Shown here: piece by piece, positions 46,639-55,806 of the stretch
How positions within the stretch are numbered: position 1 is the first letter of the stretch
How the letters are laid out: each line of letters opens with the position of its first letter
From: a virus
Direction: 5' to 3' (one strand)
Length of the DNA stretch: 64,000 bases
Virus record (IMG/VR): IMGVR_UViG_3300047160_005727
Span: 32,001 to 96,000 of that record
Position numbers and translations under genes: made by a program
Notes under the pieces: generated by a model
Databases searched by the model: none
The model's input: only the letters and a program-made list of their open reading frames with translations
What the model was told of the DNA's origin: nothing

Positions 46639-47066
46639 TGGTGCAGGCTGCCGCAGCTGGGGTCGTAGACTTCAGCCGGGCCGATCCCGACGATCCCAAG
46701 TGGTGGCGGCACTTGCGTTTGGTCCTCGATCAACTGGAGCGGAACCACCTCAAGGAATATCATCGGCTGTACAATGAGCGGGTCATATCGGTGCTGTCCC
46801 GCGCCGATCTGGCCAGAGAGTCAGGGGAAAAGTTACTGGAGGAGTCTGACTCACGGATCGACAATATCGCCAAGATCATGTTTCCGTGGGCCGATCTGGA
46901 CCGTACAACGATACGGCAGGAGCAAGCCAAGCAATTACGCGAGCTTTGGGAGTCCTGGTTCGGCAAGCTGGATGATCCTGATACGCAACGGCGGATCCAG
47001 GTTACGGCAGACTGGCTGAGGAACACCGCTGCAAGGCGGAAGACCCCAGGGACGGGGAGGCGTTGA
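46638..47066 (+). CDS. second tail assembly chaperone ORF, possibly a -1 frameshift extension of the previous gene
   Basis: TGATG overlap. The frame is open back to at least 46572. Immediately precedes the tape measure gene. Confidence 0.6.
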   Translation: MVQAAAAGVVDFSRADPDDPKWWRHLRLVLDQLERNHLKEYHRLYNERVISVLSRADLARESGEKLLEESDSRIDNIAKIMFPWADLDRTTIRQEQAKQLRELWESWFGKLDDPDTQRRIQVTADWLRNTAARRKTPGTGRR

Positions 47067-50000
47067 TGTCGACCGGCTACCAGCAACCACTGCTCGACGA
47101 GCTAGCCATGAACCGCGGGCTCTTCGGCGGTTCGCTTGAGCCCAGGCAGCGCCTCGACTTCAACTTCACCGACGCCGGTATGGGCGGGATGTTTGGCAGC
47201 CTCGCGCCCATGGTAATGAACCCCATGATCAGCCATTTCTTTGGTCATGGTGGCATCATGCCGGCCCAGTTTGCGCCCCAGCAGGGGCTCTACGACCAGT
47301 GGCGGGCCAAGCAGTACTGGCAGCAGCGCCAGACGGCCATGGCGACTGCCAGCCAGCAGGACCGGGAAACCTACGTTCAGATGTTCCGGGGCATCTCTCA
47401 AATGCAGGGAACCCCGTGGGGCATCGAACAGCAGCGATCGGCCAACATCATGGCCGGTGACCTGGCATACATGGCTCCCTTCCTGGCCCAGGCGATGCCC
47501 GAGACCTTCGATGCCCTGCACGGCACGCGGGGCTCGGCGACGGTCATGTCCACATTCCTGCACCGTGCTGGCATCACCGGTGTTGACCCAGCGACTGGCC
47601 GCACCGGGATCACAGGTGACTCGGCCGGGATCTTGGCCGCCGAGATGCACAAGCGGTTCTTCGGTGTCGATGCCGACCTGACTGGCTGGAAAGGCATGTC
47701 AGCCGGCCGTGCGGGCGCTCTCTACGAAGAGATGAATACTCGCGGCCTGATGGGCACATCGATCGGTGCTATGAGCCGGCAGGAGCAGGTTCAGCGGCTC
47801 AGCCAGACGACCGGCCGGGACATGGCGGATCTCGAGAACATCCGCAAGCTGGATCCGACCCAGTTTGAGGGGATGCTGCGGACCTTCGACGCCAACCGGA
47901 TCGGCAACCGGCTCAAGGAGATGTCCGGCGCTGTTGCTGCCATGCGTGAGATCTTCGGCGACATGGGCAAGCCCAACGCTCCCATGAAGGAGCTGATCGA
48001 GGGCCTCGACAAGCTGACCCAGGGCGGCATGGCGACCATGACCCCGGCCCAGCTGGAGCAGACCGTCCGGAATACCCAGGTCATCGCGCGCACCAGCGGT
48101 CTTGGTATGCAGGCACTCGAAGGTCTGACGGCTCAGGGAGCCCAGCTAGCTCGGATGCAGGGGCTGGATGCGCGCTTCGGCATCACGTCGGCTCAGGGTG
48201 CTGCCGAGTTCGGTGCCGCCTATGGTCAGGTAGGCGGCGGCGCCGCCGGGGGTTGGGGCCGCGCCGGTCGTGATCAGCTGACGCTTCTGGATCAGCAGCT
48301 CCGGGTCAACGCGGCAGCCTCGCCGATGGCCAACCGGCTGGGTGCCATCATGCGGATCGCCGAGACCCAGGGGGAAGGGCTCAAGGGTCCGCTCGCGAAT
48401 GTGGCCGAGGCGGTCAGGAACCATCAGGACACGTTTCTCAATGAGCGTGGCGAGCGAGAAACGCTGAATATGAACGAGGCCCGGTTCATGCAGCTTGCCG
48501 CCGCCAGCAATGTCGATCGGGGCACGGCGATGTCCTTTCTGCGGGCCAACGCCGCCAACCAGGAGCAGGTCGACCGCTACAACATCACCGATCTTGCCAG
48601 GCGACGGCAGGGTGACGAGGTTCGCAACGTCGTAGCTCAGAGTATGCGTGAGACGCTTCGTAACCAGCTGAACGCTGCCGGCGTTACCGGCGAGCGTGCC
48701 CGGGATATCGCATGGACTGCATCCAATGCGCAGGCACAAGCCCTGACTGACATGCCGGTCGAGACCCGTGTCAACGACCAGACACGTAATGCAGCCCTGG
48801 GAGCCGCCACCCGTACAGCCGTGGTCGCCCAGCTCCGGAAGGAGGGCATGAGCGAAGAGCAGGCTACAGCCGAGTTCGAGCGGATGTTTCCCCAGGCGCA
48901 GCTCAACATGACGGTAGCGGGCGGATACGGCCGAGCTATGCAGCGGTTTGCCAGCGATCCGGCCTTGAAAGGCTACGGCGGTCTGGCCCGTGCGCTCGAC
49001 CTGAACAACCCACGAGTCCAGGAGCGGCAGGCATTTCTGCGGGCAGAGAACGCAGCCGAGGCCGCCATGGGTAAAGCTCTGGGCGGACTGGGTGCAGCCG
49101 GACCGCTAGCCAGGATCATGGACGAGATCCAGAACCCGTCAGGCGATATCGGCACAGCGATCAAGAAAGCCCTGGGTGGTGTGGATCCGGCAGAAGTTCG
49201 CGAGCGGCTAGCTGCCATCAACCCAGAGGATCTCTCCAAGGAAGGCGGGCCTGGGGCCAAGGAGCGGCTAGCCGTGATCATGGAGGAGGTCATCACGACG
49301 ACCAGGCAGTTCGAGCAGAAGCGGCCTGAAGGTATGTCGGATGCAGACTGGCAGAAGCGGCGTGAAGCCCTTCGGGTTCGTGTATCGGCGCTGCGGGCTG
49401 GCGGTGAAGCGGCTCAGACCCAGACTAAAACCGAGCTGGTCGCAGCCAACATCATTTCTGGTGATGCTACTCCTGAAGCCGTGAGACAAGCTGCCCAGGA
49501 TGTTGCAACTGGTAAGAAAGGCTCGCCGGAACTCCGTAAACGGATCCTGGCTTTGCGTGCTGCTGGTGCCGGTGTCGACGCTGCATTCGTCAAGCGGCAG
49601 CAGCTGAGTGCGCTACGAAGTGCAGGTGTCGCAGAAAAGGATCTTGAGGACGCACTGGCTGGCAAGGATGTTCCAGGCATGAACCAGGAGCTTCGTGACC
49701 GGCTCCTGGATATAGGATCGGCAACCGGTGGGATAGACGTCAAGGCAGAGCGTGCTGGCATCACCACCGGGGCCCAGGTCGGCGAGAAGCAGCTGGGCGA
49801 CGTGATGAACCAGCGCGCATTCCTGGAGTCTGATGCCGCTATACCGGCGGTCGGCACTGAAGGTCGGGACGACATCATCCGGGAGCGCGAGCGACATGCC
49901 GGCGCTGTCATCGATCGCGGTCAGCGCTGGATGGACGTGCTGCTCGGCGACACAGCTTCGATGAAGAACCTGGGCGCCGGCGGCTTTGATCTGGCCAAGG

Positions 50001-50776
50001 GCACTCGCGACAAGCAAACAGAGATGTCCGGGCTCGCTCGCCGTGCTGGACTGGACCTGACTAAGGTCCTGGCAGGCACTGTCGATGAGTCCAAGCTGAC
50101 CGACAAGCAGCGGGAAGCCATCGCAAAGATCCGTGGGCTCGATACCGAGGTCAAGGACTCGACGGCACGGATGGTTCAGATGATGACGGCCAAAGATAAG
50201 AAGCCTATGGGCAAGGATGAGATCGAGCGCCACGAGAAATGGCTAGCCGAGGAGAAGCGGTCCGACGAAGAGAAGAACAAGGAGGTCGTCAGCGATATCG
50301 TTGGTAAGGATCTGACTGGCGCTGGCGACCAGGACGCAGTAGCAAAGGAGATAGGGACAGGTCCCGAGGCTGCGGAGCGGCGGCAAGAGCTGCAACGGAT
50401 GTTCAAGGCTCGTGGTGACCTCCTGAAACTGGCTCAGGGACATGGCGTCAAGACCGTCGAAGAGTTCACCAAGCGATGGAGAACTGAGTCCGGGGTCGCC
50501 AAGTTCTTCAGGATGGGCGTCGCCGGCGAAGAGGGCGATAAGGCCGAGCGGTTGATCAGGGAGTCAGGCGCCCTGTCCGAGGGCGGAGGGGCTGATAGTG
50601 TCCGCGCTGCCCTTTCTCAGATCAAGGGAAGAGAAGCCGAGGAGAGCAGCAAGATGGCAGCCGGGGCCGGCGGCAAGATGCAGATGTCCGGCAAGGTAAC
50701 GGTCGATATGCAGAACAACACGATGGACATGTCCGGGTCCAATGCCCAGATGAATTCGACGCCTGTGGGAGGTTGA
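47066..50776 (+). CDS. tape measure protein
   Basis: About 1236 aa, Ala/Gly/Gln-rich and helical, located after the tube and chaperone genes. Confidence 0.8.
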   Translation: MSTGYQQPLLDELAMNRGLFGGSLEPRQRLDFNFTDAGMGGMFGSLAPMVMNPMISHFFGHGGIMPAQFAPQQGLYDQWRAKQYWQQRQTAMATASQQDRETYVQMFRGISQMQGTPWGIEQQRSANIMAGDLAYMAPFLAQAMPETFDALHGTRGSATVMSTFLHRAGITGVDPATGRTGITGDSAGILAAEMHKRFFGVDADLTGWKGMSAGRAGALYEEMNTRGLMGTSIGAMSRQEQVQRLSQTTGRDMADLENIRKLDPTQFEGMLRTFDANRIGNRLKEMSGAVAAMREIFGDMGKPNAPMKELIEGLDKLTQGGMATMTPAQLEQTVRNTQVIARTSGLGMQALEGLTAQGAQLARMQGLDARFGITSAQGAAEFGAAYGQVGGGAAGGWGRAGRDQLTLLDQQLRVNAAASPMANRLGAIMRIAETQGEGLKGPLANVAEAVRNHQDTFLNERGERETLNMNEARFMQLAAASNVDRGTAMSFLRANAANQEQVDRYNITDLARRRQGDEVRNVVAQSMRETLRNQLNAAGVTGERARDIAWTASNAQAQALTDMPVETRVNDQTRNAALGAATRTAVVAQLRKEGMSEEQATAEFERMFPQAQLNMTVAGGYGRAMQRFASDPALKGYGGLARALDLNNPRVQERQAFLRAENAAEAAMGKALGGLGAAGPLARIMDEIQNPSGDIGTAIKKALGGVDPAEVRERLAAINPEDLSKEGGPGAKERLAVIMEEVITTTRQFEQKRPEGMSDADWQKRREALRVRVSALRAGGEAAQTQTKTELVAANIISGDATPEAVRQAAQDVATGKKGSPELRKRILALRAAGAGVDAAFVKRQQLSALRSAGVAEKDLEDALAGKDVPGMNQELRDRLLDIGSATGGIDVKAERAGITTGAQVGEKQLGDVMNQRAFLESDAAIPAVGTEGRDDIIRERERHAGAVIDRGQRWMDVLLGDTASMKNLGAGGFDLAKGTRDKQTEMSGLARRAGLDLTKVLAGTVDESKLTDKQREAIAKIRGLDTEVKDSTARMVQMMTAKDKKPMGKDEIERHEKWLAEEKRSDEEKNKEVVSDIVGKDLTGAGDQDAVAKEIGTGPEAAERRQELQRMFKARGDLLKLAQGHGVKTVEEFTKRWRTESGVAKFFRMGVAGEEGDKAERLIRESGALSEGGGADSVRAALSQIKGREAEESSKMAAGAGGKMQMSGKVTVDMQNNTMDMSGSNAQMNSTPVGG

Positions 50777-50777
50777 G

Positions 50778-51554
50778 GTGCCTGAGATATTCAACAACCA
50801 ACCTGGCGTCGTGGTCGTGCTCAAGACGGGAGGCAGCAGCTCCAACCCGTTCCGCATGACCATCGATGGCTTGAATACCGGACAGTCGACCGGGCTCATC
50901 GTGACCGAGCTGGCTGTTCAACGGCATGGCAACTTCCAGTTCCTGCATACGCTCAAGGACCTGATCTATGTCTACAGTTTCGGCGAGCGGATCGGTCAGA
51001 TCAGGGCCAGCGGCATGGCCTTCGCGAAGATGTGCAGCGGTGGGCAGGAAGGGTTGAGCGGGATCCTGGACTATTACGAGCAGTACCGGCTCGAGAACCG
51101 GGCGACGCCGATATCGATCGCCATCGGCACCAGCGGGAACGGTCGGTTCCGCGCCTTCCTGACCGAGCTGAACGCCGAGATCTCCCGCCCTGAAGCGCAG
51201 CTGGCCCAGTTCGGCTTGCAGTTCCATGCACTGCCCAGTGCCAAGTCATCGAGCGGCGGCGGCGCCGGAGGTGCCGGTGGAGGTGCAGGCGGCGGAGGTG
51301 GTGGAGGTGGCGGGACAGCTGGTACCGGCACTACTGCCGGGGGTGGTGCCGGTCGTGGCGGTGGCGGAGGTGCCGGCGGTACTGCCGGTCCTGGTGGCGG
51401 CGGTGGTGGCGGAGGTGGAGGTGGAGGTGGTACTGCGGGCGGTGGCGGCGGTGCCGCTGGTACTGCCGCTTTTGGTCTCGACGGTCTTCGTAGTGGTCAG
51501 ACTCGTGGTGGTCTCAGCGTAACTGGCGGCATCATTAGCCTGCCGCCGCGGTAA
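50778..51554 (+). CDS. tube-like baseplate/tube initiator protein with a poly-Gly tail
   Basis: GGAGG SD. IYVYSFGERIGQI..SG resembles tube-fold proteins. About 70-aa G/A/T tract at the end. Confidence 0.6.
   Translation: MPEIFNNQPGVVVVLKTGGSSSNPFRMTIDGLNTGQSTGLIVTELAVQRHGNFQFLHTLKDLIYVYSFGERIGQIRASGMAFAKMCSGGQEGLSGILDYYEQYRLENRATPISIAIGTSGNGRFRAFLTELNAEISRPEAQLAQFGLQFHALPSAKSSSGGGAGGAGGGAGGGGGGGGGTAGTGTTAGGGAGRGGGGGAGGTAGPGGGGGGGGGGGGGTAGGGGGAAGTAAFGLDGLRSGQTRGGLSVTGGIISLPPR
51260..51465 (+). repeat. GGN-rich low-complexity coding repeat
   Basis: Runs of GGT/GGC/GGA with repeated GGTACTGCC units. Confidence 0.8.
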
Positions 51555-51558
51555 GAGG

Positions 51559-52353
51559 GTGACAGTTTTGATCAACCATGTGCGAACACTCCTGTTGAAC
51601 ATGCCAGCGTCGTCCATGACCCCGATGGGGGAGTACGTACCGCTGGAGTTCAACACAGTGGCGGTGCCGTCGGCTGTGCAGCGCGCTCGTGACATCCTGT
51701 TCGGACCACGACCGGATGCCACGATGCTCGACTACCGACTTCGCCAGTATATGACCATGCTGCATTCGACCGAGCTGGTCGAGTTCGTCACTGCCCAGGA
51801 TCCACGGATCACCTATGCACCTGGTAGTCGGGCCATGTCGGACTTCGATCCCGCAGCGGTCGTCACGCCAGTTGAAAACAGCATCGAGCTGTTCATCACC
51901 GGCAACTTGCCCAGGACTGCTGACGGTCGGATGTCATGCCTGTGGCAAGTCAAGGCCATGGTTGCCGGCTCGACGTCGGTGTCGGTAACCCGTCGCAGTG
52001 CACCACCTGGCACATCCATCTACCCCATCACCTACACCGGCGGCCTGTCGAACGAGTTCCCGCTGACCGGCTCGCCGCTCCTGGCCAGCTTCCAGGACGA
52101 AGGCGTTGTCGATGGGATCACCTGGAATGTCAGCTGCCTGGCAATGCCTCTTCGAGATCCAGGCCAGGTTGCTGCCGACCTGGGAGCTACAGGCGCGAAT
52201 ATCATGCCCTTTCTTTTCGGTATTGGCGCGCAGGAGCCGTACCGCACCTGGCAGAACCTTTGGGCGTCGAACCAGCCGCTGCCGTACCGGCTGGGGGCAG
52301 CACTACTGGCCGTAGCGGCACGGACCGATGAAGCTCGTTTGAGGATAAACTGA
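51559..52353 (+). CDS. hypothetical baseplate-cluster protein
   Basis: 264 aa, coupled to the next gene. Confidence 0.7.
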   Translation: MTVLINHVRTLLLNMPASSMTPMGEYVPLEFNTVAVPSAVQRARDILFGPRPDATMLDYRLRQYMTMLHSTELVEFVTAQDPRITYAPGSRAMSDFDPAAVVTPVENSIELFITGNLPRTADGRMSCLWQVKAMVAGSTSVSVTRRSAPPGTSIYPITYTGGLSNEFPLTGSPLLASFQDEGVVDGITWNVSCLAMPLRDPGQVAADLGATGANIMPFLFGIGAQEPYRTWQNLWASNQPLPYRLGAALLAVAARTDEARLRIN

Positions 52354-54014
52354 TGCCATCGACTGCACCCTGGGCACGTTACGATCCACGGATCCGGCTC
52401 GTCGTCGACGGCAAAGAGATGCCCTGCATCCGCTGCAACGTCGACTACGAGTTGAACGCGATCCCCCAGGCATCGGCTACGCTCGCCGTGGGCCGTAGCT
52501 TCGACAACGAGACTTCGCCGGTGCACGCACTGGTCGAGAACTTCGTCGACCGGGCGCCGGCCCAGATCTACATCACGCCTAACGCGAAAGGCCAGGATCC
52601 ACAGTCGGCCAAGCAGGCAAACGATCTCGGCCTTTCCGGCAAGGAAGTCCGGATCTTCGATGGCTTCGTCACGGCGGCCGGCTTTACCCGTTCGCGAGGC
52701 ACTGCGCAGTTCAATATCCAGATGGAGCACTGGCTATCCGAGCTGGGGTTCAGCTCGATCTTCTCCAAGAGTAGCCATCCCGGTAACCCTGGTCAGTATT
52801 CCTTCGGGGCGCTGGGGCCGATGGGCAGCGACACCGGCTCACCTTTCTCTGACTTCGGTCTCGCCTACAACTTCATCACTGCTGACAGCATTACCAACGA
52901 CTTCTGGGGCGAAGGGCTCAAGCCGTTCTTCATGGAGCTTTGCAAACAGGACTCCTTCTGGTACTGGGAGCCGGAAGTCGGAGGTGGTGGGGGCGCCAAC
53001 GATGGCGCGCTGGCTGCACTCAAGCGGTTCAACAGCAAGTGTCAGCAGAAGCTAGCTGTCGCCATGGCGCTGGACGCAGATGTTGTATCCAACATCACGA
53101 TCCACGCCGGCGCTGCCGTCGGCACGCCTGACCAGATCGCTAACCAGACGCTCTGGGATGTTCTGGTCAGTACATTCGGTGCCCAGTATCTGTTCTACAT
53201 CGTACCGCGAGTTGAAGACGCCATCGTGGCGGCGTTCACACCCGGCTACCGGCAGAGCTTCATCACCATCAATGCCGATGAAGAGACCCAGGTCGAATGG
53301 ATGCGCGGTCTAGGCCGACCCATCCGCGGTGTCGGCATCCTGGCTGGCGTCGAGTCCTCGTGTGGAACAGCACTACCAGGACAACCTGCTCCATCTCAGT
53401 TGGGTATCGGTGGCTACTTTTCGCCCTACAAGACCGCTGCACCAGTAACGACCGGGCCGCCTGCGCCGGGACCTCCGGGCATCATCATTATCAAGCAAGG
53501 CCCGGACTGGATGACCAAGCTGTATGCCCCTGCGAAATATGCCCAGGAGTCTACCGGCGCTGGCGGCGGACCTATCAGCACCGCTGTCAACCCGGACGGT
53601 GGCAAACCACCAAAGGACGGCAGCCCGACGGATGCAGTAACTGCGCGGTTGAAGGACGTCGTCAAGCCGTTCCTGGACAACTTCGCACAAGCCCACTACG
53701 CCCTGGAGAAGCTCCGTACCCGGCAGGCAGTCTGCTCGTGCCCGTTCCGCCTGGATATCGCTCCTGGTTCGAGTGTCAAGGTCCAGAACGAAGGTGAGAC
53801 CCACGTGGGTAACGACCCGCTGGCTGCCCCATTCTATGCCCACGTAGCTCGCGTCTCGATCGCCGTGGACGCCGAGCAGCCCATGATCGGTACATCGCTT
53901 CACCTGTCCCACATTCGCAGCGAGAAGGAGAATAGCGACGACAAGACATCGATCGCCAAGCATCCGCTCTACAAGGATACTTTCCTGGGGTGCGCTCTGG
54001 TTGATACTAAGTGA
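52353..54014 (+). CDS. putative baseplate hub protein (gp27/gpD-like)
   Basis: YELNAIPQASATL, IFDGFV and C-terminal RLDIAPGSSVKV. Located after the tape measure gene. Confidence 0.6.
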   Translation: MPSTAPWARYDPRIRLVVDGKEMPCIRCNVDYELNAIPQASATLAVGRSFDNETSPVHALVENFVDRAPAQIYITPNAKGQDPQSAKQANDLGLSGKEVRIFDGFVTAAGFTRSRGTAQFNIQMEHWLSELGFSSIFSKSSHPGNPGQYSFGALGPMGSDTGSPFSDFGLAYNFITADSITNDFWGEGLKPFFMELCKQDSFWYWEPEVGGGGGANDGALAALKRFNSKCQQKLAVAMALDADVVSNITIHAGAAVGTPDQIANQTLWDVLVSTFGAQYLFYIVPRVEDAIVAAFTPGYRQSFITINADEETQVEWMRGLGRPIRGVGILAGVESSCGTALPGQPAPSQLGIGGYFSPYKTAAPVTTGPPAPGPPGIIIIKQGPDWMTKLYAPAKYAQESTGAGGGPISTAVNPDGGKPPKDGSPTDAVTARLKDVVKPFLDNFAQAHYALEKLRTRQAVCSCPFRLDIAPGSSVKVQNEGETHVGNDPLAAPFYAHVARVSIAVDAEQPMIGTSLHLSHIRSEKENSDDKTSIAKHPLYKDTFLGCALVDTK

Positions 54015-54040
54015 GTGTTACGCGGCGTATCGGAGGGACC

Positions 54041-54832
54041 ATGCCCAGCACTTTCAAGCCAGTCAAGATCGATGACTTCTCCAGTCCGGGTAACCGGCTC
54101 GAACCCAAGTTCGCGCCGGCTTTCCATACCTGGTCGGCCGATCCCAGCCCGGCCAACTCCGACCAGTTCCTGAAAGCCATCGATCCGATCGTCCAGGAAG
54201 GGCTGAACGTCTATGGGGGACGCAACGCCAACCCGATGATGCGGAGCCGGGCCCGCCGGATCGCCCTCGATGCCGCCACCAAGTACGATCCCAGCAAGGC
54301 CAGCCTGAAGACCCACCTGATGGCCCATCTTCAGGGCCTGCGTCGCTACGGCGCGCAGCAGAACCAGGTGATCCATGTTCCCGAGGCCGTGGCCCTCGAT
54401 CAGCATCACCTGGGCGAAGCCGAGGCCGAGCTGAGCGATCAGCTGGGTCGTGATCCCTCTGACGCCGAGCTAGCCGATCATATGGGGCTCTCCCGCCGGC
54501 GCATCGCCCACATCCGTGGCTACCGTCCAGCGGTACCCGAGGGGCGGTTGGCCTCCCTGTCTGATGAAGATGAAGAAGGGGGTGCCGGAGGCGGGTTCGA
54601 GCCGGCCGTGGAAGGCCCGGACCGGTCTATGCTTCGTGCCCAGTTCCTTTATCATGACCTTGACCCGCACGACCAGGTGATCCTGGAGTACGGCATGGGT
54701 TTGAACGGGTCACCCAAGCTGCCGGCCGCCCAGATCGCCCGACGGCTGCGGATCTCGCCGGGTGCTGTCAGCCAGCGGGCAGCGCGCATCCAGCAGATGC
54801 TCGATGAGTTCGAGGACACCAACGTGCTGTGA
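54041..54832 (+). CDS. sigma70-family RNA polymerase sigma factor (group 3-like)
   Basis: Region 2 AATKYDPSKASLKTHL, region 3 LGRDPSDAELADHMG, region 4 LDPHDQVIL...GL....QIARRLRISPGAVSQ. GGAGG SD. Confidence 0.88.
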   Translation: MPSTFKPVKIDDFSSPGNRLEPKFAPAFHTWSADPSPANSDQFLKAIDPIVQEGLNVYGGRNANPMMRSRARRIALDAATKYDPSKASLKTHLMAHLQGLRRYGAQQNQVIHVPEAVALDQHHLGEAEAELSDQLGRDPSDAELADHMGLSRRRIAHIRGYRPAVPEGRLASLSDEDEEGGAGGGFEPAVEGPDRSMLRAQFLYHDLDPHDQVILEYGMGLNGSPKLPAAQIARRLRISPGAVSQRAARIQQMLDEFEDTNVL

Positions 54833-54839
54833 GGATGAC

Positions 54840-55286
54840 ATGCCAAGCAAGGGTAAGATCCACGACGTATTCCAGAACGACATTCAGCAGCTTACTACCC
54901 AGGCCGGGCAGCAAGCGGACATGATCCGGGGCAAGGGAACCCGCCCTTGGAACGATCCGAAGTGGTCGGATGCCAGTAAGCCCAAGAGCCCGCTCGATAT
55001 TCCTGGCATCACGGACGGCTTCAACCGTGACCAGATCGACACCAACTACGGCCAGCTGATCCAGTCTGGCTCCGATGCCGGCACTGTCGGCGATGTGATC
55101 TGCGTCAAGACACAGGGTGACTACATCGCCGAGATGGAGCGGGGCTACCGGGCCAGGCATGCCACGCCGGTTCGGTGCATCGGCCACGCAATGGCTCGGC
55201 GTAAGGGTCATTCGATGACCAACGGCGTATTCCAGGGCGGCGTGCTCAAGCATGTCCAGGATGCGCTGAAGGGAGGCCAGAGTTGA
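54840..55286 (+). CDS. hypothetical protein
   Basis: GAGGA SD, coupled to the next gene. Confidence 0.7.
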   Translation: MPSKGKIHDVFQNDIQQLTTQAGQQADMIRGKGTRPWNDPKWSDASKPKSPLDIPGITDGFNRDQIDTNYGQLIQSGSDAGTVGDVICVKTQGDYIAEMERGYRARHATPVRCIGHAMARRKGHSMTNGVFQGGVLKHVQDALKGGQS

Positions 55287-55795
55287 ACGGCGACCCACGG
55301 GTCTACGATGTTCTGGCACTTCAAGGCGCCAAGCCCATTGGTGAGGTTCTGCTCCAGCAGATCCTCTTCACCGATGCTGCCGCGGGTATGCTCTGCACCG
55401 GGATCCAGAAGCTGGCCCAGCGGTTTGTACTGGAACTGCTCACCGAGCTGGGCTCGATGCTTTATCTGCCCAACCGCGGTACCAGGTTCCTGATCCAGTT
55501 CTACCAGGGCTTGCTCCGCACCGAGACCGATGTCTTCATCGCATTCAACCTCGCCCTGAACGATCTCGAGTTGAGCCTGACCGCCGAGGAGCTGGATACC
55601 GATCCGCTCGACGAGCGATACGGCAGTGCCAACCTGGACTCGGTACTCATCACCAACGGCAACATCATCATGCACGTTACGTTGCGGAGTCTGGCTGGTA
55701 GGTCCCGCCAGGTGATCATGCCCATCTCGACTACGCCCGGCATCGTTGCCACGCCGACCGGGACGACGCCTGAAGTGCTCACGACCACAGTCTGA
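55283..55795 (+). CDS. baseplate wedge protein, gp25-like
   Basis: TGIQKLAQR...LLT..GS....P.RGT and DER motifs. Directly before the baseplate J-like gene. Confidence 0.75.
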   Translation: MNGDPRVYDVLALQGAKPIGEVLLQQILFTDAAAGMLCTGIQKLAQRFVLELLTELGSMLYLPNRGTRFLIQFYQGLLRTETDVFIAFNLALNDLELSLTAEELDTDPLDERYGSANLDSVLITNGNIIMHVTLRSLAGRSRQVIMPISTTPGIVATPTGTTPEVLTTTV

Positions 55796-55806
55796 CGGAG
55801 GCTCGT

